64,000 nt of DNA from Phaeosaccion multiseriatum. Its lineage: Eukaryota > Protista > Ochrophyta, other classes. Positions 25,773 to 36,890 of the stretch are shown here, piece after piece. Where the stretch lies: assembly GCA_965112735.1 (NCBI GenBank), contig OZ218960.1, forward strand, positions 1,736,001-1,800,000, read 5' to 3'. The translations under genes were made by a program, and so were the position numbers. How positions within the stretch are numbered: the stretch's first letter is position 1; every line of letters begins with the position of its first letter. The notes beneath the pieces are model-generated. The model saw only the letters and a list, made by a program, of their open reading frames with translations. It was not told where the DNA came from and did not search any database.

Positions 25773-26645
25773 ACGCACACACACACAGCCCGACGGGATG
25801 TGGCATGAGCTGCCAGCGGCCCTCAGAGTCCCCGTCCACCCCGGCCCCACTCCATCACATGCACATACACACACGCGCGCACACACACACATACAGTACA
25901 CGTATACACACAAAGCAAAAACATAGCACACACAAACACACACACAGCACACACATACATACACACACACCATGAAATGGTAGGCGGGGCGCTCCATCCT
26001 GGTGGAAAGGGGGGATGAGTAGAGAGAGGGAAACATCTCTCACTTCTCTCCCTCGCCCTTTCAGGAAGAGGAAGGAGTAGCAGAGAGAGAGTTCTTTCCC
26101 TCGCCCTGTTTGTTTTAATAGATGCAAAAGGTGAAAAGGTGGGAAGGTGTCCTTTAGAATACTTGCGCAGGTATAACGTTGATACATCAATGGTCAAGGC
26201 ACGCTCTGTCCATGCTGTCTATGGTCAAATAAGGACACATCAATGTTCATTGGATCGTGTCACACATGGAGAGGTGTCAGTCTAAGCAAAAGCTCGTCTC
26301 ATAACAGGGTGATGCTGTGCGACCCCCCGATCTCCTCCACAGTGCGCCCGCACTTTCTCTCACCTTGCCCTGGCTGGGGGGGGAGGGGGGGGAGAGATCG
26401 GTAGCCGAGCGGCAGAGTAGAGGGTGCGTTGCCACCCTCTTCACACGCCACAGGACAGGAGTCCAGAAGGCCACCCAAATTTCTTGGCAGCGACCTCAAG
26501 GTCGGCTCGTTGTTTGGGCAAGGGAATAGGCACAAAGGCAGCGTCAGGCACCTGCACCTTCCCTCAGGACTGAAGGGAAACGACCTCTTAGTGCTATTCT
26601 TGCCTTCCGCCTCGCAGGCTCTGGAGCCCGTCTTCTGCCTTCTTG

Positions 26646-26678
<33 letters not shown>

Positions 26679-28181
26679 TGTTGCTGTATCACCAGTCCCT
26701 GCAGCCGGTGCTGCTGCTGCTACTGCTGCTGCTGATACAGTATTGTCATTGGATGCCCTGCACTGCCGCTATTAACAAGCATAGCTCTTGGGTGTAAGGG
26801 AAGGAGCACCCGCCATCCCCTGTTGGGGCGAGATACTATGGCTGTTGGTGCTCTTTCCTCTGTGACGCCCTCTTTGCTGACCAATGGGGCTCCTTCTCAG
26901 CGAGAGATGGGCAGAGCCCCCGTCCCCCCCTCCCTTCTTGCCTTTGCTGATTCCTATAAGTCAACAAGATTCCCCTCTTTGCCCTCCAGTAAGAGTATAG
27001 GGCCTGCCTTCCCCCCTCCTTCAGTCGTGGCGTCATCGAAGCGGAGGCCCGCTATCGTAGCTGCTGCTGAATACTTTGACGTAATACCTCTTCTTTCAAT
27101 TCTTAAAATTGAAGTACTGAAGAGTGGAGGGGGGATTGAGGGGCTCAGATGTGCGGGGCGCACCACATAAACAAGAGCGTCAAAACCAAAAATGCGCATA
27201 CGCTTGACTTATTACTTCTGTTTTGTGTTTGCTTGGCGTGTCCAGCCCCTCTTTCTCTCCCTGCCCAACCAACACGGCCACCCCTCACCTCCTTGCTGCT
27301 CACCTCAAAGCGTTGCAGGGGCACGCGGAAGCTCCAACATCTCCATTGTTCTGTTGAGAAGGAAGAGGGTTTTGTTGGAGCGTACATGTTCGCATTGTGT
27401 TTAGCTTTGTCGGGCGTGAAATCATCTCGCTCCTAAGGGGGGGAGGGGGCAACGTAGTACGCAACCAAGAGCGAAGGTGCCGGGAAAGGAGAGAAATGAC
27501 GCCAACTCTCTTACGCTTGAGGCTCGTGAGTTGACCTTTGGCTGCCGCCATCTCTCCTCTCCCAACCGCCCCTGCAAGGCGCCGCAGAGATCACTGACCT
27601 CTATTATGCCATGCTCAGATGAGACATACGAAACCCTGCTGGTCTCGCTTGGGGGCTCGCCCGGACCCTCCGAAAAGCCCGAAATAGACTTGGTCGACTC
27701 ACCATGTCGAGCAATCACTCTTTCGTCGGTTGAGCTCTCCTTCTCTTTATGTAGGACTGTCCCCGGGAAAGCCAACGTCCATTGACATTCTCTTTGATGG
27801 CCGTTCCTCCCTCCTCCCTGTCTCCCTCTGATGATACGAGGAGAGGAAGAAGAGTGTCGCACCAAAAGCACTGATATAATGAGAAGGAGAGGCCCACTTC
27901 ACGCCTTTCGAGGCGCTGCTTGCTGCTGCTCAGCTGGGCGGCAGGGTTTTTTTCCTCGCCGAGATCATCGCCCAAGCACTTAACTCTGACCAGACAAACC
28001 CCCGTATCCATTGCTGTCTTGCTGCTGCCTTCATTTCTCCTTGCCGCTGCCTTTCTGCCGCCTTACTGTGCCTACTGCGTCTGCTGCTGCTGAGCCCAAG
28101 CTCTGAAAGACGTGTCTCTTGCGCCACCTTCCACCCCCTGTGCAGAGCTCCGTGCAGCATATTGCGCCCCACGGTGGACAA
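24227..28181 (-). other. Unassigned region inside the tubulin inverted repeat; possibly a decayed or very divergent gene
   Basis: Complex sequence with short ORF fragments in shifting frames and intron-like (GT)n..(CT)n tracts on the minus strand (25020-26100). No recognisable domain. Confidence 0.25.
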
Positions 28182-28345
28182 ACCAAACCTGTACGATCTC
28201 CTCCGAACTACTGAGGAAATCCCAGCCCCATTTTCGCCAGCGCCAGCTCACCAGACGAGCTACTTGAGAGGGGGAAGAAGGAAGGGAAAGAATTACTTTT
28301 AGCTCGACCCTGGTTCAAAAAACGATCAAAAACTGCCACACACCC

Positions 28346-30050
28346 TCACTTGTAAGCTCGCCATCACGTCAAGTGTTGCCTTGCTTCTCCCAAGCTCTCC
28401 TACCTCCTCAAGACCATTCCCTTCTCTCTCTTCTTCAAGACCAACTAAACACCATGCGTGAGTGCATCTCCATCCACATTGGCCAGGCGGGCATCCAGAC
28501 CGGAAATGCCTGCTGGGAGCTCTACTGCCTGGAACACGGCATCCAGCCCGACGGGCAGATGCCCTCCGACAAGACCATCGGCGGGGGCGACGACGCCTTC
28601 AACACCTTCTTCTCGGAGACGGGCGCCGGCAAGCACGTGCCCCGCGCCGTGCACGTGGACCTGGAGCCCACAGTGTGCGACGAGGTGAGGACGGGCACCT
28701 ACCGCCAGCTGTACCACCCCGAGCAGATCATCTCGGGCAAGGAGGACGCCGCCAACAACTACGCGCGTGGCCACTACACCATCGGCAAGGAGATTGTGGA
28801 CCTGGTGCTGGACCGCATCCGCAAGCTGGCGGACAACTGCACCGGGCTGCAGGGCTTCCTCGTGTTCCACGCCACGGGCGGAGGAACTGGGTCCGGCCTG
28901 GGCTCTCTGCTTTTGGAGCGCCTCTCGGTGGACTACGGGCGCAAGTCCAAGCTGTCCTTCGCCGTGTCGCCCGCCCCGCAGGTGGCCACCGCGGTGGTGG
29001 AGCCCTACAACTCGGTGCTGTCCACCCACGCCCTGCTGGAGCACACGGACTGCACCTTCTGCATGGACAACGAGGCCCTCTACGACGTGTGCCGCCGCAA
29101 CCTGGACATTGAGCGCCCCACCTACACCAACCTGAACCGCCTCATCGCACAGGTCATCTCCTCCCTGACCGCTTCCCTTCGATTCGACGGCGCCCTCAAC
29201 GTGGACGTCACCGAGTTCCAGACCAACCTGGTGCCCTACCCGCGCATCCACTTCATGCTTACCTCGTACGCGCCCATCATCTCCGCTGAGAAGGCCTACC
29301 ACGAGCAGCTGTCCGTGGCCGAGATCACCAACAGCGTGTTCGAGCCGGCCGGCATGATGACCAAGTGCGACCCCCGCCACGGAAAGTACATGGCTTGCTG
29401 CCTCATGTACCGCGGAGACGTGGTGCCCAAGGACGTCAACGCCGCCGTGGCCACCATCAAGACCAAGCGCACCATCCAGTTCGTCGACTGGTGCCCCACC
29501 GGCTTCAAGTGCGGCATCAACTACCAGCCCCCCACCGTGGTGCCCGGAGGAGACCTTGCCCGCGTGCAGCGCGCCGTGTGCATGGTTGCCAACACCACGG
29601 CCATCGCCGAGGCTCTGTCCCGCATCGACCACAAGTTCGACCTCATGTACGCCAAGCGAGCCTTCGTGCACTGGTACGTCGGTGAGGGCATGGAGGAGGG
29701 AGAGTTCTCCGAGGCCCGAGAGGATCTTGCCGCCCTCGAGAAGGATTACGAGGAGGTGGGCGCCGAGACCGCCGAGGGAGAGGGAGAGGAGGAGGACTTC
29801 GGCGAGGAGTACTAAACTTGCTCTCCTTCCTCCCGCCTTGAGACGTGAGCTGCGGCGGCGGCAGTGATTGATTGGTGCACCCCTGGTGCTCCTCTCTCAT
29901 TGTTTTGTCGTATTGCGCCTCCCTCTCTTGTGTATATCGATGTGTGTGTGTTTTTTTTTCTTTGTTTTGAAGAGAGTGTGAGTGTTCGTTCACTTGACGC
30001 TTCTCCTCTCCTGTTAGAAATGTAACAAGCAATAAAGAAACAGTTTCACT
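28346..30050 (+). repeat. Right arm of ~1.7 kb inverted repeat
   Basis: Matches the reverse complement of 19684-21384; AATAAA at 30031. Confidence 0.95.
28454..29815 (+). CDS. TUBA: Alpha-tubulin, intronless, 453 aa (copy 2, protein identical to copy 1)
   Basis: ATG at 28454 in ACCATG context; translation identical to 19917-21278. Confidence 0.99.
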   Translation: MRECISIHIGQAGIQTGNACWELYCLEHGIQPDGQMPSDKTIGGGDDAFNTFFSETGAGKHVPRAVHVDLEPTVCDEVRTGTYRQLYHPEQIISGKEDAANNYARGHYTIGKEIVDLVLDRIRKLADNCTGLQGFLVFHATGGGTGSGLGSLLLERLSVDYGRKSKLSFAVSPAPQVATAVVEPYNSVLSTHALLEHTDCTFCMDNEALYDVCRRNLDIERPTYTNLNRLIAQVISSLTASLRFDGALNVDVTEFQTNLVPYPRIHFMLTSYAPIISAEKAYHEQLSVAEITNSVFEPAGMMTKCDPRHGKYMACCLMYRGDVVPKDVNAAVATIKTKRTIQFVDWCPTGFKCGINYQPPTVVPGGDLARVQRAVCMVANTTAIAEALSRIDHKFDLMYAKRAFVHWYVGEGMEEGEFSEAREDLAALEKDYEEVGAETAEGEGEEEDFGEEY

Positions 30051-30734
30051 GGAGAGCTCTCTTCTTCTTTGTTAGCACCTCCATTCGGTAGTGCAGTTAA
30101 GGCCTGTTGTATGTCCATTCCCGTGGTGGCAAGAAAGGAACGAAAGGAAAGTTACCAACCGCCTTGTTTGATGGTGGTCAAACTCTTTTTTATGTACTAG
30201 TATACGATTACTTACATGAAGACACTCAGAATTGAGTGGGTCCTCTGTGACTCTGAGTGTTTGCCTCTGTTTCTCCACACGGCAACACCACATTCCACAT
30301 TCCCACACACGCTACTCTCCCCACTTCACCGGACAAAAATCTTCCTGTTTACAAGTGCTTGGTTGGAGGACCACTGTGGACGCAAATGGTCAGCACCCAA
30401 CCCTTCCTTCCTTCCTTCCTTCTTTCCTTCCTTCCCTTTCTTCCCTCCCTGCCTCTCTTCCTCTCTTCCTTCTCTCCCTGCCTCCCTCCCTCCCTCCTTC
30501 CTTCCTTCCTTCCTTTGCTTTCGACCACCGTGACTGAGAAAGGCGAGTGGCGTGTGTGCCGACCGTGCTCAGGGTCGCGACGACCTGTGCATGCCCCACA
30601 CTCTAGCGGCAGAGGGGATTTGAGTGGAGAGAGGCATGTTGCCTGCAAGTGCTCTCTCCCTCCCCTCTCTCCTCTCCCTGCCCTCTCTCCTCTCCCTCTA
30701 CTCTAGTCTCTCCTCTCCCTCCACTCTAGTCTAC

Positions 30735-33700
30735 TCACCCCTCTTTCCTCTCTCTGGAGTCTCTGTGCGATGCTGACTCGTCCCTCGTTACGTCTGCACC
30801 ATGCTTACTCTCCTCGGACCACTGCATATGATTGGTACTCGCATATAATTCTCTGTGATGGTGATCCAAAGGAAGAACGGACGCCCCACTGCTACTCTCC
30901 AGCGCAAAGGTTCGATCGAGCTCCTGCTGCTCCGCTGAGAGACTACCACCTTCGCCACCGCCACCCCCATCACCACCACCAGCACCACCACTACCACTAC
31001 CACCATCACCACCACCACCACCAACAGCAGCAGCAGCGCGGTGATCAGCAGCAGAAGGCATACCCTTGTCGCCGTGTCGCGTGCTGTCCGTCACGAGGTA
31101 GGAGGCATGATGACGGTTGTGCGAAGCACTGCCGTTTCCTCCTTCGCCACGAAAGGCACTGGCGCCTCGTCCTCGTCCTCCTCCTTCTTCTTGTTCTTGT
31201 TCTTGTTCTTCTTCATCTTCTCCTTCTCCTCTTCCTCTTCCTCCTCCTCCTCCTCCTCCTCCTCCTCCTCCTCCTCCTCCTCCTCCTCCACCACCACCAC
31301 CACCTCCTCCTCGTCGTCGTCCTCGTGCTCCTCCTCCTCCCCGTCCTCCGCCTCGTCCTCCTCCTCGTCTGCCTCCTCCTCCTCCTTCTCCTCTTCGTCT
31401 TTCTCCTCCTTCACCCCCCCCTCTTCCTCCTCGGTAAAGGCCTTCCTCGCCACCGAGAACGAGAGGACTGCTTGTTGAAGCCACATAGAAAGCACCGACG
31501 CCATCAGAGGTGTGACCACCCCCCACTCTCACGCTCGCGGCTCCTCCTTCTTGGTGCTGCTGGGAACTTCCCGCTTCTTGGCCGTGCTGGTAACTCGCCG
31601 CCGCCGCTGATGCCGCTGATGCCGCTGCGGCAACTGCCAATGGCCCCCCACTTCCAAGGCTGCTGTGTGCTCCCACTTCCAGAGTACCAACTTGCGGACT
31701 TCCGCCGGCAGCGTAGATGGGGCTGCGCACATGGAAGAAGGTGTTGTCTCCTTGTGTTGTGCCGCCGCTACCATCATTGCCGTTAGAGGGTATGGTGCCC
31801 TGTCTTCCTCCCAGGCCCATGTTCCCCCGCCCGGTGCCAGTGGTTAGCCTACTGCTGGCCGCCAGGCTGCCTGTTGACACTCCCTGTCCTTGCCCCTGCT
31901 GATGCTGCTGTTGTTGGTCGAGCTCAAAAGTAGGCTCCTCCTTCACAGCAATGTGCCTCATCAGTTGGGCCGAAGGCGGAGAGAAGCTGTCCAATCCAAG
32001 AATCCTCTCCAATGATGACAACGGCGAAGGCGCCGCTCCTGTTCCTCCCCCTCCTCCTCCTCCTCCTCCTCCTCCTCCTGTTCCTCCTCTTCCCCCCCCA
32101 CCCCCCCCTCCTCCTCTTCCTTCTTCTTCTTCTTCTTCTTCTTCTTCTTCTTCTTCTTCTTGTTCTTCTTCTTCTTCTTCTTCTTGTTCTTTTTCTTCTT
32201 CTTGTCCTTCTTCTTGTTCTTGTTTTTGTTCTTCTTCTTCTTGTTCATCTCCTTGTTCTTGTTCTTCTTGTTCTTTTTCTTCTCTTCCTCCTCCTCCTCC
32301 TCCTCCTCCTCCTCCCCGTTCTCTGCCTCTTGCCCCTCCTCCTGCTCCCCTTCTACCACCGTCGGTAAGTGTCAGTGGCATCGAAGCAGCACCTTGCGGT
32401 TCCCGCTGCAGCTGCTGGCGTTGGAGCTGCTGCCAGACAAGGTTTTGCTGGCGCTCCTGTTGCTGGTGCCGATACTGCTGCTGAAGCTGAATTTGCTGCT
32501 CCAGTGGTAGTTGGAGCTGGAGATAGTCACGCAGATACTGCTGCGACTGCTGTTGCTGGTGCTGGTGGTGCTGCTGCTGCTGGTGCTGCTGCTGCTGCTG
32601 GTGCTGCTGCTGCTGCTGCTGCTGGACCTGCCCAACTCCCTCCCAAGCGTACGGCGGGAAAGAACGGTTCCGCTGCATCTGCTGCAGTTGCTGATGATGC
32701 TGCTTCTCCTCCTCCCCCTCCTCCTCCTGCTGCCGCTGCTGCTGCCGCTGTTGCTGCTGCTGCTGCTGCTGCTGCTGTTGCTCCTGCTGGTGCTGAGACA
32801 GCTGGAGTGACTGCTGGAGTGACTGCTGGAGTGACTGGTCCTGCGGGGTTCCCAAGACGGCGTCTGCGAAATGGTCAAAGGTCGCCAAACTGACGATGGG
32901 ATCCATCGCCAACCGATTGTGGTGCCGGCCCTGCCCGAAACCATCTCCTCCTGGTCCTCCTCCTCCTTCTCCTCCTCGTCCTCCCCCTCCTCGTCCTCGT
33001 CCTCGTCCTCTTCCTCCTCCCCCTCCTCCTCCTCCTCCTCCTCCTCCTCCTCCTCCTCCTCCTCCTCCTCCTCCTCCTCTTCCTCCTCCCCCTCCTCCTC
33101 CTCCTCCTCCTGCTCCTCCTCCTCCTTCTTCTTCTCCTCCTCCTCCTCGTCCTCCTCCTGCTTCTCCTCCTCCTCCTCCTCCTCCTCCTCCTCCTCCTCC
33201 TCCTTCCACTGCTGCTCCTGCTGCACGAGCGCCCGCCCCCCCCCTGCCTTTTACCAGCCTACCTCCTCCCCCTCCTTTCCCTTGAGCTTGTTGTCTTCCC
33301 CCCTGCTGACTGGCGCTCACTCGTGCCGCTGCATCTAATCCCCTGGCATCGTACTTGCCTAGAGTGCCATCGACATCCCTCTGTTGGCTGTGGTCATCTA
33401 TTCCTATCGTCCACCACTGCTGCTCCAGCTGTTGCTGCTGTGCCACGAAGTGCTGCAGCTGACCTTCACTCCGATGCTCAGCCGTCGGCGGAGTCGCCCC
33501 GCCCACATCCGTCAACAGTCTAGCAGAGACCGGGCGTGGCAAGCCTACTGCTTCCCGCTCTGCAGCTTCAGTTTTCACTGTTGCTCGTGCAGCCCCTCCC
33601 CGCCCTCTTCTTCCTCCCGTCCCTCCTGCTCCTGCTCCTCCTACTGCTCCTGGGATGGGGGCGGAGACGGCGTCTCCAGCGGCGGCAGTAGCGGCAGTGC

Positions 33701-36282
33701 CAAGTGGTTGTTCGGCTCTCCTATTGGCGGGCCTCGCTTTGGCGCCCACCCCCCCCGTAGGCTGTTTACGCTTCTTGGAAGAGCTCGCCTTCGCAGTCGG
33801 AAGAGGTCCCTTGGTGTTCTGTTTGGGTAGAGGTACACAGTAAGTCAGTGAAGTGACCAACTTGTCCTTGACGAAAAACGAGCTGTTGAGTGTTGCAATA
33901 GCAAGCAAACAAGCAAAAGAGCTCTTGATCGGGGCAAGGCCAGCAAAGCACACAGAGGAGCCAGGCGCTGTGAGGTTCAAGTGGTGTGTGCCCGGCCGTG
34001 TGACGTTGTTCTTCCTCTTCTTCATTGTTCAGTTGATGTGAGCTAGAGAAGGAAAAAAACGAAAAAAACAGGATCGATATTTTATCGAAGGTGGCGAGTG
34101 GGGAGGGAAGCAACACCAATGCAAAGACCACACACGCCAGGAAGGAAGTAGAGAGGGAGGCCTTATTCAAAGGCAGGGAAGACGCAGGCAACAGGGAGGC
34201 GACGGCGTGGATCAAAAGAGCACGCCTCCTTACCTGCATGCCAGGCTGCTTGTGTGCAATGCAGAAGCGAGGAAACTCGCCTGGAAAGCCGAATTGGGAG
34301 GCTCTGGAGCAGCTTGAGGCCTCACAGCGCTTGTGCTTGACGTCCTGCGAGAGCCAACGGGAAGAAGTGAGGGAGGGAGGGAGGGAGGGAGGGAGGGAGG
34401 GAGGGAGGGAGGGAGGGAGGGAGGGAGGGAGGGAGGGAGGGAGGGAGGGAGGGAGGGAGGGAGGGAGGTAGGGAGGGAGGGAGGGAGACAGGGAGGGAGG
34501 GAGGAAGGGGGGGAGGGAGGGAGGGAGGGAGGGAGGGAGAGAGGGAGGGAGAGAGGGAGGGAGAGAGGGAGAGAGGGAGGGAGAGAGGGATGGAGGAAGG
34601 GAGGGAGGAAGGGAGGGACGGAGAGATGGAGAAAGTGAGTGAGTGAGTGAGTGAGTAAGTGAGTGAGTGAGGGAGGGATGGAGAGAGGGACGGAAGGATG
34701 GAGAGAGGGAGGGAGGAAGGGAGGGAGGAAGGGAGGGACGGAGAGATGGAGAGAGTGAGTGAGTGAGTGAGTAAGTGAGTGAGGGAGGGATGGAGAGAGG
34801 GACGGAAGGATGGAGAGAGGGAGGGAGGAAGGGAGGGAGGAAGGGAGGGACGGAGAGATGGAGAGAGTGAGTGAGTGAGTGAGTAAGTGAGTGAGGGAGG
34901 GATGGAGAGAGGGACGGAAGGATGGAGAGAGTGGGTGAGTGAGTGAGTGAGGGAGGGAGGGAGGGGGGATGGGGGGCGAGTGAGCGAATGATCGAGAAGG
35001 ACAGACGTGGGAAAGGGCAAGTGAAAGGGGGATTTGAAAAGCAACGAAGCCGCGAGAAAGCCCTCTTGCCAAACCACGCCCTCTCCCAGCATGTCCTTCA
35101 GAGTGGGGCAAAGGCAGCGGCTATCCCTTCCCTGTCCGAATGGTACTCATCCTCCGCTCTTATCATGCCCGCTTACCAAGCACAGGAGCCTCTGCCTCCC
35201 TCCCTCCTGCTTCCCTGCCTCCTCTCTCCCCAAAATGAGATTGGCTTACTGACTCACTCACTCACCACCATGTCCGGGCTCTTGTGGGAGCTGCAAAACC
35301 TCGGCTTCTCTCCTCGGTTCGCGAAGCTGGGCTCCCTTGAGCAGCCCTCGGCCTCGCACCTCTTGCTCTTAACATCCTGTGTGTTTGTTTGTTTGTTGTT
35401 TTGGTTTGAATTGGTTGCGCAGAGGAGTGAGTCAGTGTCCCTTCCGTGTGAGCGAGCTATGGAAGACAAGGTGTTTGTGCAGTTTCAAAGGCTGTGCTGG
35501 AGCAGTTACACGGACGCGATACGCACAGCAGCACAGCCATAAGTGGAATGGGGAGGGTGACGACTTCTTCTTGGCGGCGGTGAGCATACGCGACTTTCCC
35601 GCGGCCGGGACGTCCCACGCCATGGAATCATCCGTCCGCTCTCCGGTCCTGCGTCACCCGCCATGGAAATATCCATTCTCTCTCCGGCTCTGCTTCAACT
35701 CACCACCATCCCGGCGGTCTTGTGCGATGCGCAGAAGCGTGCCTTTTGACCCTCCATGCCGAAGCTGGGGTGCTTGCTGCACCCTGGGTCCTCACAGCGC
35801 TTGTGCTTGACGTCTATCATGTCAGGAAGTTTGTGCATGGAGCAGAACCGCGGCTTGGCCCCTGAAGAGAGCGAGCAAAGAGAGCGACAAGGAACGAGGG
35901 CGAGGCAAAGTTATTTCTCCCCGGATGATTGGGATGACAAAAGTGGGGAAGCCGCCACACCACCCTCGCTGCAGTTGGAGACACTGCCTCCCTACACCTA
36001 TGCATCATTCTATACATTCGGGTGACGAGCAGCCAGGAAGTATTATTTCTCTTCCTACGCACCTTCGAAGCCGAAGTATGCGTGCCGCGAGCAGCTCGCC
36101 TCCTCACACCTCTTGTGCTGCCTCCGTGCCATGCTCTTGGCTTCCCCTCCATCTTGTTGCAAGGATGTGGGCTTGGACCGCGCCCTCCTTGCCCCTGTTG
36201 CTGCTGCACCAGCGCCACGAGCCTCCTCCTGAGGCCGACCCGGCTCCATCTTCTCGCTGCTGCTACTCTCGTTCATCTCCAT
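30735..36282 (-). CDS. EsV-1-7 cysteine-rich repeat protein (4 repeats) with ~1000-aa polyQ/G/E low-complexity tail
   Basis: Exons 36282-36063, 35861-35704, 35376-35266, 34344-34234 and ~33818-30735 encode four units of KRCExxxCS+xxxFxxxGxxxRFCxxHKxxxM, then KASSSKKRKQ and a long open low-complexity frame. Start and last exon are uncertain; a donor-like site overlaps the stop at 30735. Confidence 0.85.
34368..34970. repeat. Intronic (GGGA)n tract plus higher-order GAGT/GGGA compound units
   Basis: About 200 bp of GGGA, then about three repeated blocks of gggacggagagatggagagagtgagtgagt..gggatggagagagggacggaaggatgg. Confidence 0.9.
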
Positions 36283-36779
36283 CCCCAACACCTCCACTGC
36301 AAGGATGAATGTGCTGTGGTCCTCGTCCCATCGTCACTCAAATCTTCCAACCCCTCTCATTCCGAATTGTCGTTCCTACTTTCTCCCTGCCCTGCAGCTC
36401 CTCTGCGCACACTCACTCCCCCTCCCCCTTGCCCACTCAAAACACACACACAGCTCTTTTTTCCTTCTTTTCTTTTGTGGTGCCCTTGTGGCCCTTGCAT
36501 CACGTTGGGACGGGGACGTGGGGCGCGAGAATGTAGAGGGGGACCAGGAGTAATCACGCCGCCGCCGGATCATCCGGTCCAGCCGGTCCGCGTGTTGACA
36601 AGTTGGTTGAACGTCCCCAGAGAATTGCTTTTGAAGCGGCAACTCCGCTCAACCGAGCGATTGCACTGCTACCCCATTCTGAATGTTATTTTTTATTTTT
36701 CACGATCGTTTCACCTCCCTCCAGGCTTTCAAAGGCGCAGCTCATTCGGCCCTGGACAAGGTTACAGTGTGCGCCGGCG

Positions 36780-36890
36780 TAATCAGTAATCAGGCCGGCT
36801 GGCCAATAATCAGTAATCAGACCCGGCTGGCGCCTGCCATAATCAGTAATCAGAATCAATAATCTGGCGTCGGCTGTAATCAGTAATCAG
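36780..36890. repeat. Array of four TAATCAGTAATCAG repeats with 13/19/23-nt spacers
   Basis: Exact 14-mers at 36780, 36807, 36840 and 36877; all three spacers contain CGGCTG. Confidence 0.92.

Noticed and set aside
28373-28453. 27-aa N-terminal extension on alpha-tubulin copy 2 in the ORF track
   Set aside because: It starts at a non-ATG codon in the 5' UTR; the canonical MREC start at 28454 matches copy 1.
36780-36890. CRISPR-like repeat-spacer appearance
   Set aside because: The repeat is only 14 bp, spacers are short, variable in length and related to each other, there are no cas genes, and the context is eukaryotic nuclear DNA.
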